A stretch of 64,000 nucleotides of DNA from the NCBI GenBank assembly GCA_965218975.1, contig OZ244717.1:1-64000 (forward strand), in the 5' to 3' direction. Source of the DNA: Candidatus Oxydemutatoraceae bacterium (GTDB lineage: Bacteria; Pseudomonadota; Gammaproteobacteria; Poriferisulfidales; Oxydemutatoraceae). The translations under genes and the position numbers were made by a program. Positions 10,212 to 19,520 of this stretch are shown here, in pieces; position 1 is the stretch's first letter, and the number at the start of each line of letters is the position of its first letter. The notes beneath the pieces were generated by a model. It was given only the letters and a program-made list of their open reading frames with translations. It was not told the origin of the DNA and did not search any database.

Positions 10212-10772
10212 TTAAAAAATTTTCCCGCAACAGCTTTTATACTTCATACCGCTCCCGCAGGGGCAAGGCTGATTGCGTGCCGCCATAGTTATCGCGGTTT
10301 TCTTTTTATGTAGTTTCCGATGAGTTTCGACAAAATCTTCGGCGCCAAACGACGGAACCCTGAATGAAAACATGGTTTTTTTCCCGTTACTTGACAGACT
10401 ACAATCTCCGCAAGCAAGTACATCCATGCCGATGATGCAGTCACAATTAACATTTTCAATTTTTTCAATAACTTGGACGGAAATATTCTTAATCCGAATG
10501 GTATTCGGCAAGTAAAGGTCAATATGGGCAATATGTACTCCCTTTTTTTCTTCGGTAGTAAGCTCTAAAGCATTCACGACCTTAGACGAAATTTTAGAAC
10601 TTCGGTTGATAGTGCTAACTACCGCTAAATATCGGTTCGTCACGACTGCCGAGGAATGGTCCGGCCGATGACCGATAATACCGACAGTCAGCTTGATATT
10701 TTCCAGAAAACTATTTCCTTTGACAGTAAAGGCACAAAAATCCGACTTATTCTGCTGGTTTTCTTTGGTCAT
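10212..10772 (-). CDS. Retropepsin-like (degenerate) domain plus C-terminal SEC-C zinc-binding motif
   Basis: C-terminal RNQPCPCGSGMKYKSCCG; DCIIGMDVL matches the retropepsin (L/I)IGMD(V/I)L motif; AVVSTI at the expected DTG position. Confidence 0.65.
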   Translation of the reverse strand: MTKENQQNKSDFCAFTVKGNSFLENIKLTVGIIGHRPDHSSAVVTNRYLAVVSTINRSSKISSKVVNALELTTEEKKGVHIAHIDLYLPNTIRIKNISVQVIEKIENVNCDCIIGMDVLACGDCSLSSNGKKTMFSFRVPSFGAEDFVETHRKLHKKKTAITMAARNQPCPCGSGMKYKSCCGKIF

Positions 10773-11055
10773 ACTACTTTCTCGGCCCTCTAGCCTTATT
10801 GGCTTTGGATATTATAGCAAATGTCATGACCCGAATGGATTCCTGTACATAGCAACATAATATTATTTTAGATTTTTCGGAAGTATCGGAGCCTCTGAAA
10901 AATGGCAATCAAACTAGTAGCCGGGATTTAATTAATCTGCTCATTACCAGATCATGAGTCAGTCTCTGAACCGACCAGCTGACGGACCAACCGGGTTCGC
11001 CAAAAGGAATGAAACCTATCAAAGCTTCCGCTTTCTTAACTTGATTGGAAAACGG

Positions 11056-11128
11056 TGCCGGAGAGAGGACTTGAACCTCCAACCTTCGCATTACAAGTGC
11101 GCTGCGCTACCAATTGTGCCACTCCGGC
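11056..11128 (-). tRNA. tRNA-Thr (anticodon UGU); followed by CCG rather than CCA
   Basis: Minus strand GCCGGAG TGGCACAATTGGTAGCGC A GCGCA CTTGTAA TGCGA AGGTT GGAGG TTCAAGT CCTCT CTCCGGC A; cloverleaf folds. Confidence 0.96.
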
Positions 11129-11211
11129 ATTGATGGGTAACCGTATCGACAAGCACCCAAGGATATGTGTATATGTTGCACTCATTATAACCCGCCTTCA
11201 AGCGACATTGA

Positions 11212-11961
11212 TTATTGAATACAAACCTTGGCGGCATGATAAACTTCCACCGCATCGCCATGACGCACACACAGGTGCGCTTGCGGAGTAATCCCGCAAA
11301 CAATTCCGTGCTTACAATTACCGTCTCCGTCCAGCACATTGACCGGCTTGCCGTGCAGAAAATCAACTTGCCGGTATCGTTCCAACAATTTCGCAGCGCT
11401 ATACCGTATAACACTCTGAAATCCTTGCATGATCGCCTCTGCAACTATAGCGGCCAATTGATTATATTCAGGTATATCATCGGTAATTTGCGTAAGGCCC
11501 GCACTTTGCTCAAGCTGCTCGGAGCGCACTCGATTAATACCAACTCCGACAACTGCTACATTTTTTTTGTATTCAACCAGCACGCCGCCTAATTTGCCGA
11601 ACTTACAATAGATATCATTCGGCCACTTGACGCCGATACCTTCAATACCCCAATGCCGCAGTTTGATCACAACTTCTACCGCTGCAATCAAACCCAACCA
11701 CACTCCAAACATCGGTTCACTTCGGGACAGTACCGAACAGTAAATCCCACCGTACGGCGAATGCCATTGATGCCCGTGCCGTCCTTTTCCTTGCGTCTGC
11801 TTTTCCGCAAAGCACAGATGAAATCCTTCCACGTTATCGGATAACGACGTCAATAGCAGGCGGTTAGTTGACTCAACTTCTCGAAAGATGCGCAATGATT
11901 GAACAACATACCGCTGCATATCATTCAAGTGGCGAATAATATGTTCCCGGTTCAACATCAC
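11212..11961 (-). CDS. birA: Biotin--acetyl-CoA-carboxylase ligase without N-terminal HTH
   Basis: ESTN, EKQTQGKGRHG..W.SP, KWPND, KLGGVL. Confidence 0.92.
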   Translation of the reverse strand: MMLNREHIIRHLNDMQRYVVQSLRIFREVESTNRLLLTSLSDNVEGFHLCFAEKQTQGKGRHGHQWHSPYGGIYCSVLSRSEPMFGVWLGLIAAVEVVIKLRHWGIEGIGVKWPNDIYCKFGKLGGVLVEYKKNVAVVGVGINRVRSEQLEQSAGLTQITDDIPEYNQLAAIVAEAIMQGFQSVIRYSAAKLLERYRQVDFLHGKPVNVLDGDGNCKHGIVCGITPQAHLCVRHGDAVEVYHAAKVCIQ

Positions 11962-11971
11962 CGTTTAGCTC

Positions 11972-12700
11972 TTAGCAAACTTTAGTCTGTAGTACATAAA
12001 CCATCAGTCCGTTCAATACCAGATCGGGGGCATACTTCGCATCTTGCCATACAGTACACAAACGCTCGCTATCGCCACCGGTACAGACGAATGTACTGCT
12101 ACCGAGCTGCGATGCCATTGCTTTGCCAGCGGTGCGAATACCCGCTTCCCACATCTTGTAACAACCGGTATAAATCGCGTCGCTGCTGTCCTGTGCAAAT
12201 AATTTTTGATCAAATGATGAACTAGGGTTAAGTTTATATGTTCCACGATAAAGACTGTTTCGTAGTAGATGCAATCCAGGCATAATCAACCCGCCCCAGT
12301 GGATACCTTGATTATCAAGCGCGTCAACGGTAACTGCGGTCCCGCAATCAATCACAACGCAACAGTTTTTATACATTTGCCACGCCGCAATTAATGCCAT
12401 AAAACGATCTGTTCCCAATCCCGGCGCATACCGAGTGCTAACACCGCAAGCGGATTTAGGCACTTTCACAAATTTAGTTTGTAGTAAAAATCGGCGTTGA
12501 ATCGCCTCAGCCAAGCGTAGATTAAACTTGTCGTCACGTACACTTACCGCCCAAGCCGCACTGACTTTTACGGATGGAATTTGTGCGATCCAAAGATCCG
12601 GATCATCGTCTACGGCGACTGATTGACGATGCGCCAATGTTCCATTTATTAGTACCGCCGACTTACAACATGTATTTCCAATATCCAAAAGCAATTGCAT
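11972..12700 (-). CDS. coaX: Type III pantothenate kinase
   Basis: LLDIGNT, GLGTDR, DCGTAVT, GGLIMPG, TGGD. Confidence 0.93.
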   Translation of the reverse strand: MQLLLDIGNTCCKSAVLINGTLAHRQSVAVDDDPDLWIAQIPSVKVSAAWAVSVRDDKFNLRLAEAIQRRFLLQTKFVKVPKSACGVSTRYAPGLGTDRFMALIAAWQMYKNCCVVIDCGTAVTVDALDNQGIHWGGLIMPGLHLLRNSLYRGTYKLNPSSSFDQKLFAQDSSDAIYTGCYKMWEAGIRTAGKAMASQLGSSTFVCTGGDSERLCTVWQDAKYAPDLVLNGLMVYVLQTKVC

Positions 12701-12884
12701 AACTCACCTCTACTTTGTTATCAGCGAAGGCGATCTTTCAATCGGCATTCCGCGCAATATGCTAAACTTCAGCCAATCAAACCGAAATATATACACAAAA
12801 TAGATTTGAACGCGTCGCAAGCCGGTTCAAGTCGCTTATTATATTCGATATCCGAAATCACGTTTCAGTCGAAAAATATAATCA

Positions 12885-14528
12885 ATGGAAGTCGCAAAAC
12901 AAATCAATTTCATTGAAAAAATTATTCAAGACGATATTGCTCAAGGTAAGAATGACAGTGCAATCCATACACGATTCCCTCCGGAACCAAACGGCTTTCT
13001 CCATATCGGTCACGCAAAATCCATCTGTTTGAATTTCGGGCTTGCGTTAAAGTATAACGCCGCCTGTAACCTGCGTTTCGATGATACCAATCCGCTCAAA
13101 GAAAACGCCGAATACATCTATGCGATCATGGACGATGTCAAATGGCTCGGTTTTGAATGGACAAACCTCTGCTACGCATCGGATTATTTTAAGCAGTTGT
13201 ATGAATATGCGATTACGCTAGTCAAGCTGGGGAACGCCTATGTATGCAGCTTGAATACCGAAGAGATTCGCCAAAGCCGCGGCACACTGACAGAACCCGG
13301 CAGGAATAGTCCTTACCGCGAACGCAGTGTGAAAGAAAACCTCAATCTTTTTTCCCGCATGCGTGCCGGAGAATTTGAAGAAGGCAAGCATGTTTTGCGT
13401 GCAAGAATTGACATGGCATCGCCTAACATCAATATGCGTGATCCGGTGATTTACCGTATTCTGCATGCTGTGCATTATCGCACAAAAACTGCTTGGTGCA
13501 TTTATCCGACGTATGACTTTACCCAATGTTTGTCGGATGCAATCGAGAAGATCACTCATTCATTATGTACTTTGGAGTTCGAAGACCATCGTCCGCTTTA
13601 TGACTGGTTTCTCAACAAACTGAATACACATCGTCCACAACAAATCGAGTTCGCCCGATTACAGCTTGAATATAACTTGACGAGTAAAAGAAAGCTTAAG
13701 GGTTTAATTGATCAAAATATTGTTAGCGGATGGGATGATCCTAGGCTATTGACCATATCCGGTATGCGTAAACGAGGTATTCCCGCAGAGGCTATCCGAA
13801 ATTTTTGCGAACGTATCGGTCTAACGAAAAAAGACAGTTGGATAAAAATAGAAGGGTTAGAAAACTGTATTCGCGACTACTTGAATGAAAAATCACTACG
13901 CACAATGGCGGTGATTCATCCGTTAAAATTAGTCATTGAAAACTACCCCGAAGATAAAAAGGAAACCTTTAGCATTCCGGTTCATCCGCAACAACCGAAG
14001 TTCGGCACTCGTGATATCACATTCTCACACGTGATTTATATTGAGTATGATGACTTCATGGAAGTGCCGGAGAAAAAGTTTTTTCGCCTGACACCGGGAC
14101 AAGAAGTCAAACTACGCTATGCCTATTGTATTCGGTGTAAGGAAGTCATCAAAGATCAAGATGGAAAAACCCTAGAGTTACGCTGCACTTATGATCCGGA
14201 AAGTCGCAGTAAGGGAAAAATAAAGGAGCGCAAAGTAAAAGGCATCATTCATTGGATTTCAGATCGTGATGCGGTTGCAGCTGAAGTCAACTTATATGAA
14301 CGGCTATTCACCGTTGCAAATCCCGCCTTGCGCGACAATCTAAATGAAGTGGTTAACCCTCATGCGTTAACCACCGTACGAAACTGTCTTATCCCAATCT
14401 CCTTATCAAAAGCTCCACCCGGCAATTCGTATCAATTCGAACGATTGGGTTATTTCTGTAAATCGGACGAAACGACGGATAAGAAAACAATTTTCAACCG
14501 CATCATCACTTTACGCGACAAACAATAA
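12885..14528 (+). CDS. glnS: Glutaminyl-tRNA synthetase
   Basis: TRFPPEPNGFLHIGH, HSLCTLEF, TSKRK, QFERLGYF. Confidence 0.97.
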   Translation: MEVAKQINFIEKIIQDDIAQGKNDSAIHTRFPPEPNGFLHIGHAKSICLNFGLALKYNAACNLRFDDTNPLKENAEYIYAIMDDVKWLGFEWTNLCYASDYFKQLYEYAITLVKLGNAYVCSLNTEEIRQSRGTLTEPGRNSPYRERSVKENLNLFSRMRAGEFEEGKHVLRARIDMASPNINMRDPVIYRILHAVHYRTKTAWCIYPTYDFTQCLSDAIEKITHSLCTLEFEDHRPLYDWFLNKLNTHRPQQIEFARLQLEYNLTSKRKLKGLIDQNIVSGWDDPRLLTISGMRKRGIPAEAIRNFCERIGLTKKDSWIKIEGLENCIRDYLNEKSLRTMAVIHPLKLVIENYPEDKKETFSIPVHPQQPKFGTRDITFSHVIYIEYDDFMEVPEKKFFRLTPGQEVKLRYAYCIRCKEVIKDQDGKTLELRCTYDPESRSKGKIKERKVKGIIHWISDRDAVAAEVNLYERLFTVANPALRDNLNEVVNPHALTTVRNCLIPISLSKAPPGNSYQFERLGYFCKSDETTDKKTIFNRIITLRDKQ

Positions 14529-14533
14529 TCAAC

Positions 14534-15307
14534 TTAAAACTGATCTTTCCAGCCTCTGATCGTCGCAAATACTTCAAGGCAATTGTCCGAATCATTGCCT
14601 GAAAACCGCGATGCCGCCGCGACAACCGCTGGCTGATCACAACGTAAAAAAGGATTCGTTTTCTTCTCCAGACTGAGCGCCGACGGAACCGTCGGTTGAT
14701 TTCGCGCTCTTTTCTCTGCCTCCGTACGCTCTCTCTCCAACAGGTAAGGATTGTTAGGTTCTACCTGCTTGGCAAATCGAATGTTCGACAAAGTATATTC
14801 ATGCGCGCAGTATATCTCGGTATCATCGGGAAGACTCATGATTTTATTCAGTGAATGATACATCTGTGACGCAGTACCCTCGAATAATCGTCCGCAACCA
14901 CAAGCAAAAACCGTGTCACCGCAAAATAATTTTCCATCTCCGCAATAAGCGATATGACTACGGGTATGACCCGGCACTTCAATCACTTGAAAAGATACAT
15001 CCAAGCATGGAATAGTCACAATATCCCCTTCCGACACAACTTCCGTTACATGCGGAATACGTGAATCATCGGGAGCGATGACTCGAACCTGTGGAAACTC
15101 CGCAACTAATTCAGGCACACCGCCAATATGATCGGAATGATGATGGGTCAATAAAATACTGTCTAACGTCGCGTGGCGATTAACTACTGCCCGCATGATC
15201 GGATACGCGTCCCCCGGATCAACGCATGCGATCCGATCAAAGTCTCGCTTTGATAATAACCACAAGTAGTTATCCGCGAATGCAGGTATCGGCTCTACTA
15301 AAAGCAT
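14534..15307 (-). CDS. gloB: Hydroxyacylglutathione hydrolase (glyoxalase II)
   Basis: PAFADNY, THHHSDHIGG, GHT, CGRLFEG, CAHEYT, TNPFLR; start set at MLLVEPIP. Confidence 0.95.
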   Translation of the reverse strand: MLLVEPIPAFADNYLWLLSKRDFDRIACVDPGDAYPIMRAVVNRHATLDSILLTHHHSDHIGGVPELVAEFPQVRVIAPDDSRIPHVTEVVSEGDIVTIPCLDVSFQVIEVPGHTRSHIAYCGDGKLFCGDTVFACGCGRLFEGTASQMYHSLNKIMSLPDDTEIYCAHEYTLSNIRFAKQVEPNNPYLLERERTEAEKRARNQPTVPSALSLEKKTNPFLRCDQPAVVAAASRFSGNDSDNCLEVFATIRGWKDQF

Positions 15308-15344
15308 CTTGCAGCTCGGCAGTCGGATCGCTGACCGGCTAACA

Positions 15345-15557
15345 TTATTCCGCAACAGACTGATTCGGCATGATCGTAGAAATCGCATGTTTATAAAGCA
15401 TCTGCGTCGTGCCGTCCTTTAACATAACAATATATTGGTCAAACGCCTCAATTCTGCCCTGTAGCTTCTTGCCATTGATCAAATAAACATTTACAAGAGT
15501 ACCCTCTTTGCGTAGTTTATTCAGAAATGGTTCTTGCAGAGAATCTGATCTTGTCAC
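15345..15557 (-). CDS. hfq: RNA chaperone Hfq (Sm core only, no long tail)
   Basis: [24 protein letters not shown]; follows miaA. Confidence 0.96.
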   Translation of the reverse strand: MTRSDSLQEPFLNKLRKEGTLVNVYLINGKKLQGRIEAFDQYIVMLKDGTTQMLYKHAISTIMPNQSVAE

Positions 15558-15726
15558 AATATTTTTAATACGTTAGTTATAATATTATAAGCAAAATACC
15601 GTCGCATTGTACTTAATCTACTTTCACATACCTCAAAAGTGCATAATGCTACCCCTATAATATCCCTAATCAATTTATCCCTCACACAATCTTGCACAAG
15701 TCAAAGAAATCGCTCTGAAATCGTCC

Positions 15727-16677
15727 CTAATGCTGCCATTGAAGCCGTTTGTGCAAATGGTTGACAATCTCCACGGAAATTTCCTCAGCACTTTTTACGT
15801 CAATATAATACTCTTGAATATTTCCCATGCTACGCATCCAAGTGAGTTGGCGTTTAATCAGCTGACGAGTGGCACAGATTGAACGGTAACGCATCATTGC
15901 ATAGTTTATTAATCCCGTCAGGTAGGATCGCACTTGAGCATAGCCTACCGCACGCATTGCCGGTAAATGAGAATTCAAATCGCCACGTAACATTAGCGCA
16001 ATAGTTTCGTCAACCAGTCCGTCTTCCAGCATCTGATGAAATCTTTCTTCAACTCGCTTATGTAAAATCGATCGGTCCCGATAGTTTAATGCAAATTTAA
16101 TAATCGGGCACGCCAATGCTTCCGCCGTGCCGCTCTGAATATCAAGCAAAGAACGTTTACTTGAAAACAAAACTCCCAAAGCGCGCTCAATTCTCTGCGT
16201 GTCATTTTGATGCAGACGCTCTGCAGTCTTGGCATCCACTTTCATTAGCATCCGATATAAAAAATTTGTCCCGTAGGCAACTCCCAACCGCTTAATTCTT
16301 GCTCGCAAAGTATCATCAATATCCGGTATTTCATCTAAGCCATGCTCAAGTATATGAAAATAAAACATTGTTCCTCCAACTAAAATCGGCAATCGTTGGC
16401 GAAAATGAATCTGGTCAATTATTTGTTTAGCTTCATCTTTGAAGCGAGCGACCGAATACTTTTCGCTCGGGTCCAGAATATCAATCATGTGATGAGGAAA
16501 ACGAGTGCGTGATTCAAGCGAAGGCTTTGCAGTGCCAATATCCATGCCGCGATAAACCAACATAGAATCAACACTAACAATTTCGCAAGGAATTTGTTGA
16601 CATAAGAAAAGCGCTACATCGGTCTTTCCGCAGCCCGTAGGCCCCATGAGAAAAACAACCGGTAATCTTGTCGGCAT
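15727..16677 (-). CDS. miaA: tRNA dimethylallyltransferase
   Basis: GPTGCGKT, DSMLVYRGMDIGTAKP, VGGTMFY, RAVGY, KRQLTW. Confidence 0.96.
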   Translation of the reverse strand: MPTRLPVVFLMGPTGCGKTDVALFLCQQIPCEIVSVDSMLVYRGMDIGTAKPSLESRTRFPHHMIDILDPSEKYSVARFKDEAKQIIDQIHFRQRLPILVGGTMFYFHILEHGLDEIPDIDDTLRARIKRLGVAYGTNFLYRMLMKVDAKTAERLHQNDTQRIERALGVLFSSKRSLLDIQSGTAEALACPIIKFALNYRDRSILHKRVEERFHQMLEDGLVDETIALMLRGDLNSHLPAMRAVGYAQVRSYLTGLINYAMMRYRSICATRQLIKRQLTWMRSMGNIQEYYIDVKSAEEISVEIVNHLHKRLQWQH

Positions 16678-16730
16678 GTTTAGTGTGTTAAATAATACGC
16701 TCTCAAGACGTAAACCTAAAGGGACTTATT

Positions 16731-16832
16731 ATGAACATTATACGACTATTCAAAATCTTCCCCACTCAGGAATCATGTATTAAATACCTTGGAGAAATCC
16801 GCTGAAAAGATGAACCGATGTGTCCTTACTGA
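16731..16832 (+). pseudogene. N-terminal remnant of an IS1595-family transposase
   Basis: Translates MNIIRLFKIFPTQESCIKYLGEIR*KDEPMCPY*, matching the IS1595 N-terminal F-x-T-x-E-x-C..L...RW....CPxC zinc-ribbon pattern with TGA at the W and second C. Confidence 0.7.
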
Positions 16833-17135
16833 AAACCCGTAAACCCTCATTAGGATAAAGAGGATTGGCCGGTCGTCCGTTTCTGCGACGCAAACTTTAC
16901 CGAAATGCTGTCTACTTCCCTCTCCGCTACTTCTTTAGGCAGACCGCACGCACGCCGTAGTGAGTTCGTCCCGGAGAGCCCCGTGCCGCCGGACGCTTAG
17001 ATAACATTCCACAGATTTTGATATTTCTTTACCGCCGCCGAGAGCTTTCCCCGGTTTTCTTCAGTGGGCACCTCAATGTAAGTATCAACGGAACTTCGTA
17101 GAGACTTACACTGCTTGACGTGATCAATCAGTAGT

Positions 17136-17803
17136 TTATTTCAGCGCTTCTTTTATCAAGTCGGATGGGTCGCGGCAGCACAGGTTGTCCAGTCCGCCCG
17201 ACTTGGATGAGTAGCCACAACCACCTTGAAGCCTTTACTGTTGATATATGTACAGCTGCACCACCTTCTTTTATTTCTCTCTTTAAACTTGCCTATTTCT
17301 TCCCAAGCATCATCGATTTTTCTCATGACAATTTACCCGCCTTTTTACCTAGACACAGTACGATTCGTTGTTTGATTCGTTGAATTACCTCACAGTGAAA
17401 CGGCCAGCAGGCTTCTGCCGGTGGAGCAAAATCGTCTTTAAGATCTTCTGCTGTGGGGGAACGGAGAAAGATAAGCTTACTTAGCGGGTACGCTGCACAG
17501 ATCAAGACCAAGATTTTCAAATACATGTTGAATCCTCTTCTGCACCCAGTGTTCACCCTGTTCATCACAACTTCCCCATTTCTCATCAGTGTACTCAGAC
17601 CAACCAATTTCGCCGTTCCTTTTTTCCATATTCCGGAGGTGTTTCTCAATAGTATCTCCCTCCATCGGTTTTCCACCAGAGTTGTGACCGATAATATATA
17701 AATCTATATGGCCTGAGAATGCACTCTGGCCCGAGTAGAAGACGGCACCCAATTCTTTCAGGAGTTTCTGTGGTATATATGGTATATATTCTTTAAATGA
17801 CAT
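17136..17803 (-). pseudogene. Frameshifted uracil-DNA-glycosylase-superfamily-like gene
   Basis: Motifs spread over successive frames: VFYSG..LYIIGHNSGG / KLIFLRS..CWPFHCEVIQRIK..IVLCLGK / VVVATHPSR / DPSDLIKEALK*. Confidence 0.6.
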
Positions 17804-18124
17804 AATGACATCTATGATATTTGAAAGTCGGACTATAGTATCACCCGCGATGCACTATACAGTATCTTTGCCGAAGTCGTCCGCTTCTAAAGTTCCGGTA
17901 GCCAACCGCCCCATCTACAATAATTTCTATGATAGGCAAATCCCTCTTAAGCAAAATATAGGCGTGCAACCATATATTTTGCCTCTTGGTTAACGCTTCG
18001 GATCCTTCTAACTCAAGCGTTATAAATATCTGACGACAACGCAGCGGGTAATCTCAATACTGGTTTTCTCCGTGTATGGAGTCGCACTGAACCGAAAAAA
18101 TTGACAGTATTGCCATCTTTTGTG

Positions 18125-18733
18125 TTATTTTGAGCCAACCAAATTCATAAATTCTGCACGAGTACGACTGTCTTCACGAAAAGTACCTAACATAGAACTG
18201 GTAACCGTCTTGCTGTTTTGCTTTTGTACGCCGCGCATAATCATGCAGTAATGCAATGCCTCAACGATTACACCAATCCCCAAAGCATTGAGTACCGCCA
18301 TCAACTCCATGGCAATCTGATTGGTCATTCGCTCTTGTACCTGCAATCGACGGGCAAAAATATCAACGACACGAGCGATTTTACTCAAACCAATAACTTT
18401 GCCATTCGGCAAATAACCAATATGCGCTTTGCCGGTTATCGGCAGGAGATGATGTTCGCACAAAGAATAAAATTCGATGTCTTTCACAATAACCATCTCT
18501 TCGCAATCAACAGTGAACAATGCATCGGATACCGCCGCGGCAACATCTATTCCATAACCACTGGTCAGGAATCGTATTGAACCGGCAAAACGCTCGGGTG
18601 TTTTAACCAAACCTTCACGCGTAGGATTTTCACCAATTTCAGTCAATATCGTCTTCAATGCCGACGAGATCTTAACATCGCTGTTAATTGATTTTTTTGT
18701 CACACAGATAATAAAATTGCGGGTAAGTGTCAC
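18125..18733 (-). CDS. folE: GTP cyclohydrolase I
   Basis: [39 protein letters not shown]; true start may be slightly internal. Confidence 0.95.
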   Translation of the reverse strand: MTLTRNFIICVTKKSINSDVKISSALKTILTEIGENPTREGLVKTPERFAGSIRFLTSGYGIDVAAAVSDALFTVDCEEMVIVKDIEFYSLCEHHLLPITGKAHIGYLPNGKVIGLSKIARVVDIFARRLQVQERMTNQIAMELMAVLNALGIGVIVEALHYCMIMRGVQKQNSKTVTSSMLGTFREDSRTRAEFMNLVGSK

Positions 18734-18759
18734 ATCGTATATCTATAGACACAATGGGA

Positions 18760-19500
18760 TTAGTCTAATTCTTTATACAAATCCTCGGTAAAACTTCCCA
18801 CAGTCTCCCCCGTTAAGAACGCACGCCTACTCAAATAATAATTCCTCAGCGCCACATAAAAGTCAGGCGACCAAGAGCGAATAATCTCTTCTTGCGCAAG
18901 CAGATTAGCCCGATAATGTACACTTTTCAATACGTAAAGAGAAAAGCCTGTACTACCAATATACGATAACGGATTAAGTAAGTAATCAACCAAACGAGAC
19001 GGGAAGCCACGCAGTGTGCTAGGACCCAATATTGGTATTACAAAGTAAGATCCGGAACCAACCCCCCAAGCGGCAAGCGTCTGACTAAAGTCTTCTTCGT
19101 GCTTAGGGAAACCCATTTTACTTGCGACATTGAACATTCCGGCAACACCGAGCGTCGAATTAACAAGCAGACGCACTACATCATTCGCCGAACCAACAAT
19201 ATTGCCTTGCAAAAGATTATTCACCGCATTTGGCACATCATCCAAATTGGAAAACACGTTAGAGATACGTTCTTTGACCACCTCGGGCACTGCCGATTGA
19301 TATAAGTTTGCTGCCGGTTTTAATGTCATGCTATCAAATTTTTCATTAAACACGAACGCAACGCGGTTGTAGCCTTCCAATCTATCCTGCGAATCTTGGA
19401 AAGTGGGTTGCTTGACGGCGCATCCTACGAGTAAGAAAATCACGCTGAACAGCAAAACAATATGAGTAAGTCGGTTATGCTTCATTGACCAGCCTGCCAT
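18760..19500 (-). CDS. mlaA: MlaA/VacJ lipoprotein
   Basis: Lipobox LVGC, EGYNR..F.FN, NSTLG..G, EDFSQTL..WG, GPSTLR. Confidence 0.92.
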   Translation of the reverse strand: MAGWSMKHNRLTHIVLLFSVIFLLVGCAVKQPTFQDSQDRLEGYNRVAFVFNEKFDSMTLKPAANLYQSAVPEVVKERISNVFSNLDDVPNAVNNLLQGNIVGSANDVVRLLVNSTLGVAGMFNVASKMGFPKHEEDFSQTLAAWGVGSGSYFVIPILGPSTLRGFPSRLVDYLLNPLSYIGSTGFSLYVLKSVHYRANLLAQEEIIRSWSPDFYVALRNYYLSRRAFLTGETVGSFTEDLYKELD

Positions 19501-19520
19501 TTAATTTTTAATTATGTACT

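Noticed and set aside
10909-11444. Short ORFs overlapping tRNA-Thr and birA
   Set aside because: They overlap a well-formed tRNA or a stronger CDS
16731-16832. TGA recoding (Trp or Sec) in the IS1595 stub
   Set aside because: Many host genes here end in TGA, and similarity stops after the second TGA; simple decay is more likely
17855-17880. LexA box upstream of the UDG-like pseudogene
   Set aside because: Only a TACTGTATA half-site; the CTG-N10-CAG palindrome is incomplete
17951-17982. 10-bp inverted repeat GCAAAATATA/TATATTTTGC as a terminator or IS end
   Set aside because: AT-rich stem without a U tail and no match to the putative IS1595 left end; function unsupported
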